Assembly (NCBI GenBank): GCA_963662795.1
Contig: OY759746.1
Span: 2,368,001 to 2,432,000, forward strand
DNA: 64,000 bases
Source: Spirochaetia bacterium
Lineage (GTDB): Bacteria; Spirochaetota; Spirochaetia; CADAEX01
Direction: 5' to 3'
In this document: piece after piece, positions 44,732-54,406 of the stretch
How the letters are laid out: each line of letters begins with the position of its first letter
How positions within the stretch are numbered: the stretch's first letter is position 1
Translations under genes and position numbers: made by a program
Notes under the pieces: generated by a model
Seen by the model: only the letters and a program-made list of their open reading frames with translations
Databases searched by the model: none
What the model was told of the DNA's origin: nothing

Positions 44732-44758
44732 ATATCGGCATTTTGACAGTATTCATGA
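44732..44758 (-). promoter_or_regulatory. Possible sigma-28 promoter of the GerMN gene
   Basis: Minus strand TCAT-N15-GCCGATAT, 10 nt before the ATG. Confidence 0.45.
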
Positions 44759-44802
44759 GATTTGCAGCCTGAAAGCAATTTGAAAATTGAGCTCAGGCGT
44801 AT

Positions 44803-44831
44803 TTGACAAGCATTGATAAAGACTTTATATT
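44803..44831 (+). promoter_or_regulatory. Sigma-70 promoter giving a probably leaderless ptsI mRNA
   Basis: TTGACA-N17-TATATT, ATG 7 nt later, no SD. Confidence 0.7.
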
Positions 44832-44838
44832 TATTCCG

Positions 44839-46578
44839 ATGGAAATAATCAAAGGCATATCAGCATCTCCAGGTATTTATATAGGAAAGATTTTTCTTTA
44901 TTACGAGGAAAATCTGAATATTCCTAAATATGAAATAGCTGCGAAAGATGTACAGAATGAACACAGCAGATTTCTTAAAGCTATCGAGAAAGCAAGGAAC
45001 GAACTCGAAGCAATAAAGGAAAAAGCTTATCTTCAGATGGGTGATAAAGAACTGCTGATGCTTGACTCCCATATCCTGATGCTAAGCGATCCTGATTTTA
45101 TAAATCAGGTAAGCAGTGCGCTTGAGAAACAGCTGAGAAATGTAGAATGGGTGCTGTTTGAAGCGATAGAGGCCCTGATTGAAAAACTCAAATCCTCCCA
45201 GAATTCGTATCTCAAAGACAGGGAGAGCGATCTAAAGGATGTATCAAAAAGAGTTCTTAACAACCTTATGTTTACGGAGAGGATTCCCCTTTCTGAACTT
45301 GATTCACCTTATATAATCGCTGCTCACGACCTGTTGCCGTCAGATGCTATCACAATGGATAAAAAAAACATAAAAGGGATTATTCTTGATGCCGGAGGAA
45401 GGACCTCCCATACCGCAATTATTGCGCGGTCTTTTGAAATACCTGCGGTTGTCGGGCTTTCTACAATTACCCGTAAGGTCAGAACCGGCGTTGATGTAAT
45501 TGTTGACGGCGATTCAGGGATTGTTGTTGTTGATCCCGATGATGCTGCCATATTGCTTTATGCTGATAAACTGGAGAGAAAAGTAGAAACGACAAGACAG
45601 CTGAGGCCTTATGTAAAGAAAGAAGCAGTAACTGATGACGGACAGAAAATCATAATCAAGGCAAATATTGAGCTGCCGGAAGAAATTGAATCAGTTAAGG
45701 ATCATGGAGCAGACGGTATTGGCCTTTTCAGGTCTGAATTCCTTCTTCTTCAATCTGAACTTCATACCAGTGAAGACAAACAGTGTGAAATTTATAAATC
45801 ACTTCTTGATAAAATGGAAGGCAGACCTGTTACAATCAGGACTCTCGATATAGGCGGAGATAAAATTCTGCCAGGATATGATGAACATCATGAGAAGAAC
45901 CCCCTTTTAGGCTGGAGAGGTATAAGGTTCTGTCTTAGTAATAACAATGCATTTAAGATTCAGCTGAGAGCCCTGTTCCGGGCTTCTGTCCATGGAGACC
46001 TGAGGATAATGTTTCCGATGATATCCTGCATGGAGGAAATGGACGAAGTTCTTGTAATAATTGAAAAGGTTAAGCAGGAACTTAGAAATGAAAAGATTGA
46101 CTTTAAAGAGAAAGTTCCGATAGGAGTAATGATTGAGGTTCCTGCTGCGGTTCTTGCCGCTGAATTCCTGGCTAAAAAGGTTGATTTTTTCTCTATAGGT
46201 ACAAATGATTTGATTCAGTACACAATTGCGATTGACAGGGGCAATGAAAAAATAGCATACCTGTATCAGCCCTACCATCCGGCCGTGATCAGATTAATAA
46301 AAATGACAGTTGATGCAGGGAAAAAAGCCGGGATTCCTGTAAGCCTTTGCGGAGAGGTTGGCGGAGATCCTGTCGCAACAATTGTCCTCCTGGGGTTGGG
46401 CCTTGAAGAGTTGAGCATGAGTCCGGCATCAATACCAATAGTAAAAAAGGTAATAAGAAACGTGGAAATAAAAGAAGCAAAAAAAATGATAGAAACGATT
46501 CTGGAAATGGGATCGGGAACCGATATAAACAACTTTTTAGAAAACTGGTTCAATGGAAGATTCAGTGGACTCAAATAA
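44839..46578 (+). CDS. ptsI: PTS enzyme I (PEP-protein phosphotransferase)
   Basis: GGRTSHTAI (phospho-His), GIGLFRSE, NPLLGWRG, FSIGTNDL, LCGE; start moved to ATG 44839. Confidence 0.97.
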   Translation: MEIIKGISASPGIYIGKIFLYYEENLNIPKYEIAAKDVQNEHSRFLKAIEKARNELEAIKEKAYLQMGDKELLMLDSHILMLSDPDFINQVSSALEKQLRNVEWVLFEAIEALIEKLKSSQNSYLKDRESDLKDVSKRVLNNLMFTERIPLSELDSPYIIAAHDLLPSDAITMDKKNIKGIILDAGGRTSHTAIIARSFEIPAVVGLSTITRKVRTGVDVIVDGDSGIVVVDPDDAAILLYADKLERKVETTRQLRPYVKKEAVTDDGQKIIIKANIELPEEIESVKDHGADGIGLFRSEFLLLQSELHTSEDKQCEIYKSLLDKMEGRPVTIRTLDIGGDKILPGYDEHHEKNPLLGWRGIRFCLSNNNAFKIQLRALFRASVHGDLRIMFPMISCMEEMDEVLVIIEKVKQELRNEKIDFKEKVPIGVMIEVPAAVLAAEFLAKKVDFFSIGTNDLIQYTIAIDRGNEKIAYLYQPYHPAVIRLIKMTVDAGKKAGIPVSLCGEVGGDPVATIVLLGLGLEELSMSPASIPIVKKVIRNVEIKEAKKMIETILEMGSGTDINNFLENWFNGRFSGLK

Positions 46579-47926
46579 AAACCGTATCCCGGGTGTTGTA
46601 ATAGCCGGAAGGCCGAATGTCGGTAAATCGACCCTTTTCAACAGATTAATAGGCAAAAGAAAATCCATTACAGATCCAACCCCCGGTGTTACAAGAGATG
46701 CTGTAAGTGAATTTTTTGAAATCGGGGGTAAAAAAGTAAGGCTGTCAGATACCGGCGGTGTAAATACATCCAAATCCGGAATTGACCAGATAGTTTCAGA
46801 CAGAAGTATTGCGCAGATGGAAGGAGCCGATCTTGTCCTGTTTGTTCTTGATGCAAGGGAAATTACCCCGGAAGATCAGATTTTTATTGAAAAAATCAGA
46901 AAATTCATGGATAAGACAATACTTGTTGTCAATAAGGTAGATACGCCTGAAAAGGAAAATGAGGTCTGGAACTATTATTCATTCGGTTTTGAAAAAGTGA
47001 TTCCTGTTTCTTCGGCGCACGGCTACAATATTGATATACTTGAGGAACAGATAGAGGAATTCCTGGAAGAAAGGGCAGATTTTTCAGCTGCTGAACCATC
47101 TGAAAATGAGAATGTGATAAACCTTGCAATACTGGGAAAACCGAATACAGGCAAATCTACCCTTTCCAACAGACTTACGGGTACAGATAAATCTATTGTT
47201 TCAGATATTCCCGGAACTACAAGAGACATAGTTGAAGGGGAGTTTCTTTTTAGTAATGCCATATTCAGGGTAATGGATACAGCCGGAATAAGACGCAAGA
47301 GCAGGGTAACAGAAAATGTTGAATACTATTCTGTTACCAGGGCAATTAAATCAATAGATGATGCAGATCTTGTTTTTATGGTAATTGACGCGGAAGAAGG
47401 CCTTTCGGATCAGGATAAAAAAATTGCAGGGCATGTTGTTAAAAAAGGGAAGGGGATAATCATAGTTATTAACAAGTGGGACAAATTGAAAGATATTCCC
47501 AACCGGATGGCGGCGATTGAGGACCGCGTACGGTTTATGTTTCCTGTTCTTGACTTTGCCCCGGTTATACCGATTTCAGCACTTACCGGCGAAGGAGTTG
47601 ATAACCTGCTGAAAACAGCCTTCAAGGTCAACAGGCAGCTCGAAACCAGGGTGTCGACTGCAAATCTGAATAAGGCATTGAAGGATTGGGTTGAGGACAG
47701 CCCTCCGCCGTCAACAGGAAGCAGGGTCAGATACAAGATAAGATATATGACCCAGACCTGTATAAAGCCTTCAAGATTTCTTATTTTTGTAAACAAGAGC
47801 AAGGGGTTTCCCCCTTCATACCTCAAGTATATCAAGAACAGGATAAGAAAAAGTTTCGGATTCAGCGCGATTCCCTTTGAAATTGATATAAGAGAAACAG
47901 AAAAAACATGGAAGGAAGCAAAATAA
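46553..47926 (+). CDS. der: Ribosome biogenesis GTPase Der (EngA)
   Basis: Two G domains: GRPNVGKS/PGVTRD and GKPNTGKS/PGTTRD/DTAG/NKWD. Confidence 0.98.
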   Translation: MEDSVDSNKNRIPGVVIAGRPNVGKSTLFNRLIGKRKSITDPTPGVTRDAVSEFFEIGGKKVRLSDTGGVNTSKSGIDQIVSDRSIAQMEGADLVLFVLDAREITPEDQIFIEKIRKFMDKTILVVNKVDTPEKENEVWNYYSFGFEKVIPVSSAHGYNIDILEEQIEEFLEERADFSAAEPSENENVINLAILGKPNTGKSTLSNRLTGTDKSIVSDIPGTTRDIVEGEFLFSNAIFRVMDTAGIRRKSRVTENVEYYSVTRAIKSIDDADLVFMVIDAEEGLSDQDKKIAGHVVKKGKGIIIVINKWDKLKDIPNRMAAIEDRVRFMFPVLDFAPVIPISALTGEGVDNLLKTAFKVNRQLETRVSTANLNKALKDWVEDSPPPSTGSRVRYKIRYMTQTCIKPSRFLIFVNKSKGFPPSYLKYIKNRIRKSFGFSAIPFEIDIRETEKTWKEAK

Positions 47927-49221
47927 CTTTAAAATATTTTATATTACTTATTCAGCTGATTCTTTGCACAGGATTTATCAGTGCAAGGGATGCTGAAACT
48001 TTTTTGCCTGAGAATTATGAAACCAGAAGAGAATTCATAAACATTATAACAGGGTCCAATTCTGAAATTGAGCTGCAGCGTGATATTATTGCTGATTCAT
48101 ATATTACGGGCAGAAAGGTCAAATTTCAGATATTACAAAGAGACAATTCCTGGTATTTCCTTTTTTTAAATGAAAAAAACGACAGGTCAGGTTCCTTTTT
48201 CCCTGTTGTTTCAGCCGGTACATATATAATCAAGAGAAATATTCAAAGCGGTAATCTGGAGCAGATCAAGGTATTTCTGAATAATGATTCCGATACCTAT
48301 GTGAGAATTGCAGAGAATGATAATGAGTCTCTGCTTGAGTTCGTCCTTTTCGGCTCAAAGATCTATAAAGATGTACTGCTTCCCGTAACACTCGAGGAAT
48401 TCATAACCCAGCCTTTCGAGTCGATTATAGTTATGTCTGATTATATAATTGACTGGAATATGCTTAAGGCGGTCTATAACGAAACAGAAAATGCAATAAT
48501 AAAAAATATTGCTGCCCGCATTGACGCGAAACTGCCTCTTCTTAAAGATTCTGAAGACGGGGCTCAGGGGCCTGACGGACGATTTATTTTTATTGAAAGT
48601 CTTAAAAACAATCCGGCCCAGGGTTTCAACTGTTCGGGTTTTACAAAGTGGATATCTGACGGCGTATATTTTGCAAAAACCAGCCGCTTAATGGATATCA
48701 ATAAACTGAAAAAAAAGAATTTTACAGACAGGCGCGATACTTTAAGCCTTCTGTATGAAGATCTTCGTGATCCCCTGTTTGGCCTTGACTGGACCAGAAA
48801 TATTGCGATGTCAATTTATGAACTGGATCATCCTGATTCAGAAGTCCGGGTTACCGATGTTGATGTTACTTCCTATCCTTATGAAATGTATATTCCAGAC
48901 ATAGGTTATCCGGTATCCGGCTTAAAAGCGCTGCTCTATTATCTTGCCGTTACTGATCCCGGTTATATATATCTTGGGTCAATAAACGGGGACTTCGGCA
49001 AAAATCCGGTTTTAAGGCAGCATTATCATATAGCAGCACTTTTGCCTTATATAAGTCCCGAAGGCGATTTTTATCCTGCCCTTTATGAGCGAAACAGAAA
49101 AACTGATATTGATGATTTTATTAAAAAATATTCAGGCGATTCTATTCATCTCGTAAGGATAAAGGCGGATAAAGATTATTCACTTCCGCCAGTTCCTGAA
49201 TCCGGCATTTTTGATGAGTAG
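47908..49221 (+). CDS. Secreted hypothetical protein with an NlpC/P60-like Cys-His motif
   Basis: Signal peptide, GFNCSGFTKW, QHYHIA. Confidence 0.6.
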   Translation: MEGSKITLKYFILLIQLILCTGFISARDAETFLPENYETRREFINIITGSNSEIELQRDIIADSYITGRKVKFQILQRDNSWYFLFLNEKNDRSGSFFPVVSAGTYIIKRNIQSGNLEQIKVFLNNDSDTYVRIAENDNESLLEFVLFGSKIYKDVLLPVTLEEFITQPFESIIVMSDYIIDWNMLKAVYNETENAIIKNIAARIDAKLPLLKDSEDGAQGPDGRFIFIESLKNNPAQGFNCSGFTKWISDGVYFAKTSRLMDINKLKKKNFTDRRDTLSLLYEDLRDPLFGLDWTRNIAMSIYELDHPDSEVRVTDVDVTSYPYEMYIPDIGYPVSGLKALLYYLAVTDPGYIYLGSINGDFGKNPVLRQHYHIAALLPYISPEGDFYPALYERNRKTDIDDFIKKYSGDSIHLVRIKADKDYSLPPVPESGIFDE

Positions 49222-49230
49222 TAAATAAAT

Positions 49231-49259
49231 TTGATACTAATATTGAAAATAGATATAAT
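49231..49259 (+). promoter_or_regulatory. Sigma-70 promoter of the HAD and coiled-coil genes
   Basis: TTGATA-N17-TATAAT. Confidence 0.7.
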
Positions 49260-49276
49260 TTACGTTAAAAATACAC

Positions 49277-49951
49277 ATGCAGAGTAAATATAATATTGAA
49301 GCAGTTGTTTTTGATGTAGATGGAACTCTATACCCCAATTATAAAATGTATATCATCTCAGTCCTTTTTTTCATGCTCCATCCTTTGCTTGCCCCCTCTT
49401 TCAGACGGATGAGAAAAAAGATCAGAAAAATTGAGCAACCCGGTAATTTCAGGGAGCTGCAGGCAAATCTTCTGGCACAGGAAATGCATATCCCGCCTGA
49501 AAAGGCTGATTATTTATTGGAAAAATATATATACGGCCAGTTTATTTCAATGTTCAGATGGATAAAACCATACAGGATTCTGGAAGAGGTACTCTCGGAA
49601 TTTAAAATAAAAAAAATAAAGCTTGGCATAATCTCTGATTTCCCTGTAAAGGAAAAGCTTTCATTTTTAGGTCTGGATAATTACTGGGATGAAGTCTGTT
49701 CAGCCGATGAACTTGGAATATTAAAGCCCGGGAAAAAAGTCTTTAATATCATGGCTGACCGTCTCGGGATAACTCCGGAGAAAATTATTTATGTCGGTAA
49801 TCATTATCTTTATGATATAATGGGAGCCAATAATGCCGGAATGCTGTCAGCACATTTCAGCCGGTTCAGGAAAAAAAACAGCGCGGCAGATTTTACGTTT
49901 TTTAACTACAGAAAACTCAAGAATATTGTTCTTGATTCTGTAAACATCTGA
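49277..49951 (+). CDS. HAD-family hydrolase
   Basis: FDVDGTL, ISD, LKP, YVGNHYLYDIMGA. Confidence 0.92.
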   Translation: MQSKYNIEAVVFDVDGTLYPNYKMYIISVLFFMLHPLLAPSFRRMRKKIRKIEQPGNFRELQANLLAQEMHIPPEKADYLLEKYIYGQFISMFRWIKPYRILEEVLSEFKIKKIKLGIISDFPVKEKLSFLGLDNYWDEVCSADELGILKPGKKVFNIMADRLGITPEKIIYVGNHYLYDIMGANNAGMLSAHFSRFRKKNSAADFTFFNYRKLKNIVLDSVNI

Positions 49952-49966
49952 TACTGGAGATGTAAT

Positions 49967-52900
49967 ATGCTTTTTTCGTTAGGAAACCTTCTCACAATTG
50001 CCATTGTAGTGGTAATACTTCTCGTATACCGCCAGATAGATGTAAACAACAGAAGTCTCGACAAAATGAGAAAGTATTTCGGGAAAATCAAGGAAGAACT
50101 TGATGCTATTGTAGAGGAAAGGGCCATGGGGCTTAAAGATCTTTCAATAGAACTTGAGGTACATGAGAAAACAGTTAAGGAAGTGTATAACAGAATAGAT
50201 CAGAGAAGCACGGAACTTGCGGAACGGGAAGAGGAAGTTGAAAAAATCCACCAGCAGCTGGATAATTATGATGCCGTACTAAAGGAACTGGCGGAAATGA
50301 CTTCCCGTGTTGATGAAAACCTGAAAAAACTTCATGAAGAATCAATTTTTGTAGATGGAATTGGAAAGGTTCTTAAAGAGGCGACTGTATCAATTGAGAA
50401 ACTCGAGAGAAGGATTCCTGCCATATCCGAGAATTTCAGCAGGAAAAACAGCGAAGCCATGGAGCTGCTTAAAATTGGTGTTTTTAACGATATAGAACTC
50501 AAGGCAAATACAATAAAAGATAAAATTGAGGATAACAGGAAAAATCTGGAAGATTTTAAAGACTATATTTCTGAGCTTGAAAAGCGGAGGGATTCTCTCG
50601 GGGATGAGGTAATTAACACCATCAGACGCGAGCTTAATGATCTGGCTGAGGAATTTCAGGGCAGTATGTCAAAATCCGAAGATGAATTCCGTTCAAGGCT
50701 TTTTGAAACTGATGAACAGGGTAAAGCCCTGAGCGAAGAGGTTTTTGCCAGAATAAAATCAGAAATAACAGATAAATCAAATGATATCAATTCAGATATA
50801 GAGGGGAATCTTGCTCTTCTTGAAAACAGGATTAAAGAACAGTTTGACACGATCAGCGCGGGAATGGCCCATTTTGAAAAAACAATACAGAAAAAATATG
50901 TTGAAACCCAGGAAAATTCTTTAAAGAATTATGAAGCATCTCTTGAGAAAATCAGAATCTTTGAGGAATCAATGGCCGGTAAAAACGGTCAGATCAGCGA
51001 AATGAGAAAAGAGATCGGCCTTATTTCAGATGATTTCAACAAAAGGCTTGAATCCTGGAATAAATTTATTTCTGAGCTGGATGATAAAAGAAACTTTATT
51101 GTTGCAGATTTTTCAAAGAAACTTGAAGCTGATGTTGCCTCCTTTATCCTCAAATTCAAAAATAAGGCTGATGAAATTGAAGAGAAATACATTGCAAAAC
51201 TTAATATGAGTGAACAGGAAGGGGAAAATTATCAGGACAAGGTATTTGATGATATTAAAAAACAGATCCTACGCAATGCTGAGACAGTAAAAATTGATCT
51301 TCTCAAGCAGATAGAAGAGGTTGATTCCCGTGTAATAGCAAATCTTTCACGGCTCGAGGGGGGGATTACAGAATATGAATCAAGCCTTAATTACCGTATT
51401 GAGGGGATCGAGGGATTCAGCAAAGATATCGAGCTGATGGAGAAAAATCTCAAAGCCATGATTGACAAGGTGAGCGAAAGGATGCGCGACGATTTCCATA
51501 CTTTCGAAGTTTCACTGGATGCTGAAAAAAGTGAACAGAAGGTAAAACTTGACAAGGATTTTTCAGAAATAAGAGAAGTTCTTGAAACACTTGAAAACAG
51601 AATTGATGAACTCAAGAAAAAATCCTATGAGAATGTTACAGAAAAGCTCCAGGTATTTGAAGATGATTTCTTCAAGGACCTTAAAGTCAGAAATGAATCC
51701 ATAAACAGGGAACTTGAAACATGGCAGCAGGGGATAACAGCGAAAATAGAAAAAATAAGCGCGGAAAAACTTGGAATGAGGGAAGAAATAGAGAATAAAT
51801 GCGTTGAGAACCTTAAAGAGAAGCTGAATGAAATACAGATCAAAGCGAATTCCCAATACCAGAAATATGAAAATCAGATAAGTATTTTTAAAAATGAAAT
51901 AGATGAAAAACTTGCTCTTGTAGATAATAATGTCAAGGAATTTGAAGTATCAATTAAATCCGAGACAGAAGATATTAAAGTATCAAGCTACAATCATTTC
52001 AACAAGCAGTTTGCGGATTATCACACAGGGCTTGATGAAAAGCTCCGTCAGTATGAAAAAGAGATGGGACAGCGGCTTTCACAGTTTGATGAGGCAATTG
52101 AGGAGAATAAAAAGGATATATTCGCAAATCTTGACAGTACAAAATCTGATATGCAGGCATGGTACGCGGGATTTGATCAGGATATGAAAGCAAGCAGGGA
52201 TGTTCTTTCTGAACAGAACCTTAAACTCAGGGAAGATGTCGCCCGCCTGCTTGAAGAGCTTAAAAAGGAATATACCCGGGAAAAAACTGAACTTATTGAT
52301 GATTCAAAAAAGACAAGAGAAAGCTACAGTCAGCAGCTTGCGGAAATAGCGGCCAATATAGGTTTTCTAAATGATGAGCTAAAGGAAAAATCCCAGACAG
52401 CACTGGAAAAGATGAAAAATGATTCAGAAATATTCCTGATTGATTTTATGAAGAAAACAAGAGAGCTTGAACAGGAAGTGGATAACAAGATCAAGGAGTT
52501 CAAGACTGGAGTTCAGGAAGTAAGGGAAAGAATAGACAGTACGGAAAAAAAGATGATGGGGAGGATGTCGGAAAGTGCAAGGGTATTAAGCATCACCCTC
52601 GATGATATAGACAGGAAACAGAAAAATTTCATAGGACAGACAAAGATTTTTGACAGGGCAGACTCGCTCAAGACAATTTTACAGGAAAAAATAGATGACC
52701 TTAAAGGCGATATCATAAAGGTTGATGCCCAGAGCAAGGATATTAAAGCAGCAGAGAAAAAATTTGACAGCATAAGAAAACTTGGTGACGAAGTTTCATC
52801 AAAACTCAACCGGTTTCTGGCCGAAAAACGTAAAATAGACGAGATTGAAGGCGATTTCAAGAAACTGCTTAATATGTCGCAGGCTGTGGATATAAAACTC

Positions 52901-53521
52901 GATCATATAACCGGTGTATATGATAATCTCCAGGAAATTGATGTCAAACTCAGAAATTTCGATACCCTTTTCAAGGATATAACTGAAAAATTCCAGAGAC
53001 TTGAAAAAAAGGAAAGTATAATTGAAACAACAACGGAAGGGGTCGACAGGAATTTCCAGATTCTCCAGCAGATGGAAAAGAACCTTGCCGGGCTTTCGGA
53101 AATAACTGATATGCTCCCGATGAGGCTTAATGAACTTGAAAACAGGTTTAAAAAGATAAATCTGGAAAAGAAAGATGCAGATAAAACCATGGAAAGCCTT
53201 GGCAAACTCACCAAGGTACTCGGCGATGTTGAAGAACGGATAGATAAAATGCAGCAGGCCAGGGAATGGATTGCGCGTACAGAAACCAGGCTCACCGAAA
53301 CAGGTAAAAAAGCGGAAGAAAATATAGCGCTCCTCGGGACTCTGATTGACAAGGATAACAAGAATAAAAAATCACAGAAGGGGGGCGCCCCTTCCATTGA
53401 CAAGAGGGAAATGGTTGTAAAGCTTGCGCACCAGGGGTGGACATCTGAAAATATTGCCCAGGCTACAGGATTGAGCAGGGGCGAAGTTGAGCTTATCCTG
53501 GAAATTATGCCTAAAAAGTGA
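49967..53521 (+). CDS. Membrane-anchored giant coiled-coil protein (SpiroCoCo-like) with C-terminal HTH
   Basis: N-terminal TM then RQIDVNNRSLDK, about 1100 aa of heptad-rich helix, C-terminal QGWTSENIAQATGLSRGEVELILE. Confidence 0.8.
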   Translation: MLFSLGNLLTIAIVVVILLVYRQIDVNNRSLDKMRKYFGKIKEELDAIVEERAMGLKDLSIELEVHEKTVKEVYNRIDQRSTELAEREEEVEKIHQQLDNYDAVLKELAEMTSRVDENLKKLHEESIFVDGIGKVLKEATVSIEKLERRIPAISENFSRKNSEAMELLKIGVFNDIELKANTIKDKIEDNRKNLEDFKDYISELEKRRDSLGDEVINTIRRELNDLAEEFQGSMSKSEDEFRSRLFETDEQGKALSEEVFARIKSEITDKSNDINSDIEGNLALLENRIKEQFDTISAGMAHFEKTIQKKYVETQENSLKNYEASLEKIRIFEESMAGKNGQISEMRKEIGLISDDFNKRLESWNKFISELDDKRNFIVADFSKKLEADVASFILKFKNKADEIEEKYIAKLNMSEQEGENYQDKVFDDIKKQILRNAETVKIDLLKQIEEVDSRVIANLSRLEGGITEYESSLNYRIEGIEGFSKDIELMEKNLKAMIDKVSERMRDDFHTFEVSLDAEKSEQKVKLDKDFSEIREVLETLENRIDELKKKSYENVTEKLQVFEDDFFKDLKVRNESINRELETWQQGITAKIEKISAEKLGMREEIENKCVENLKEKLNEIQIKANSQYQKYENQISIFKNEIDEKLALVDNNVKEFEVSIKSETEDIKVSSYNHFNKQFADYHTGLDEKLRQYEKEMGQRLSQFDEAIEENKKDIFANLDSTKSDMQAWYAGFDQDMKASRDVLSEQNLKLREDVARLLEELKKEYTREKTELIDDSKKTRESYSQQLAEIAANIGFLNDELKEKSQTALEKMKNDSEIFLIDFMKKTRELEQEVDNKIKEFKTGVQEVRERIDSTEKKMMGRMSESARVLSITLDDIDRKQKNFIGQTKIFDRADSLKTILQEKIDDLKGDIIKVDAQSKDIKAAEKKFDSIRKLGDEVSSKLNRFLAEKRKIDEIEGDFKKLLNMSQAVDIKLDHITGVYDNLQEIDVKLRNFDTLFKDITEKFQRLEKKESIIETTTEGVDRNFQILQQMEKNLAGLSEITDMLPMRLNELENRFKKINLEKKDADKTMESLGKLTKVLGDVEERIDKMQQAREWIARTETRLTETGKKAEENIALLGTLIDKDNKNKKSQKGGAPSIDKREMVVKLAHQGWTSENIAQATGLSRGEVELILEIMPKK

Positions 53522-53569
53522 GTATTAAAGGCGCTAATAACCATTTTTTAATCATTATTTTATAAACTC

Positions 53570-53598
53570 TTGACGCTTTATTGCTCCATTAGTATTTT
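53570..53598 (+). promoter_or_regulatory. Sigma-70-type promoter of grpE-dnaK-dnaJ
   Basis: TTGACG-N17-TATTTT; no CIRCE element. Confidence 0.55.
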
Positions 53599-53651
53599 AT
53601 TTTTAACAATTAAAATAATTATAATTAAATCACATCATAGGGATATTAATA

Positions 53652-54314
53652 GTGAATGATAAGATTCAGGAGAAGGGAAAGGGGAAGCAGCAGGAAAATA
53701 CTGATGAGAAGAAAGAAGATATCAAAAAAGATGATTTAAAACAGGAGCAGCAGGGTTCCACTGATAAAAATCAGGAATACCTTAAAATCATTGATGATCT
53801 TCAGGAAAAACTTAAAAAATCTGAAGAAGAGACAGCGCTTCTAAAAGATAGTCTTCTCAGGAAACAGGCTGATTTTGATAATTTCAGAAAGAGAATGATA
53901 CGGGAAAAAGAGGATACCGTTAAATTCGCCAATACAAATCTTCTGATTGACCTGATTAATATTATTGATGATTTTGAAAGGGCAATAAATTCTGCACAGG
54001 ATTCGAAGGATTTTGATAAATTTCATGAGGGGATAGCACTTATAGAAAAACGATTTGCATCCATGCTGGAGGGAAAGTGGAACCTTGTAAGGTTTGACAG
54101 TTCAAATGCTAAATTTGATCCGGAAATGCATGAAGCTGTTATGGTGGAAAAAAAATCAGGTTTAAATGAACCTGTTGTGGCCGAAGTGTTTCAAAATGGC
54201 TATATTTTAAACAGCAGGGTAATTAGAAACGCAAAGGTGAAAGTATTTATGCCTGAAGAAGAGCAGCCGGTTAATGAACTTGCCGAAGATACTTCAGGAG
54301 ATGCAGCAGAATGA
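53652..54314 (+). CDS. grpE: Nucleotide exchange factor GrpE
   Basis: ADFDNFRKR, FDPEMHEA, GYILNSRVIR. Confidence 0.97.
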   Translation: MNDKIQEKGKGKQQENTDEKKEDIKKDDLKQEQQGSTDKNQEYLKIIDDLQEKLKKSEEETALLKDSLLRKQADFDNFRKRMIREKEDTVKFANTNLLIDLINIIDDFERAINSAQDSKDFDKFHEGIALIEKRFASMLEGKWNLVRFDSSNAKFDPEMHEAVMVEKKSGLNEPVVAEVFQNGYILNSRVIRNAKVKVFMPEEEQPVNELAEDTSGDAAE

Positions 54315-54406
54315 AGCTGCCTGATGATGAGTACCTGACGATCGGGGAAAAACATATTATTGTGAGTTAAATATTTATTTGGGTAAAAGATATTAGGAGA
54401 AAAATT

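Noticed and set aside
49967-53521. SMC/Rad50 or phage tape-measure protein
   Set aside because: No Walker motifs or hinge and no phage genes nearby; TM anchor and context fit a spirochaete coiled-coil family
54320-54352. CTGATGA...GAAA resembling a hammerhead ribozyme core
   Set aside because: No proper stem II closing pair and no stem I/III pairing found
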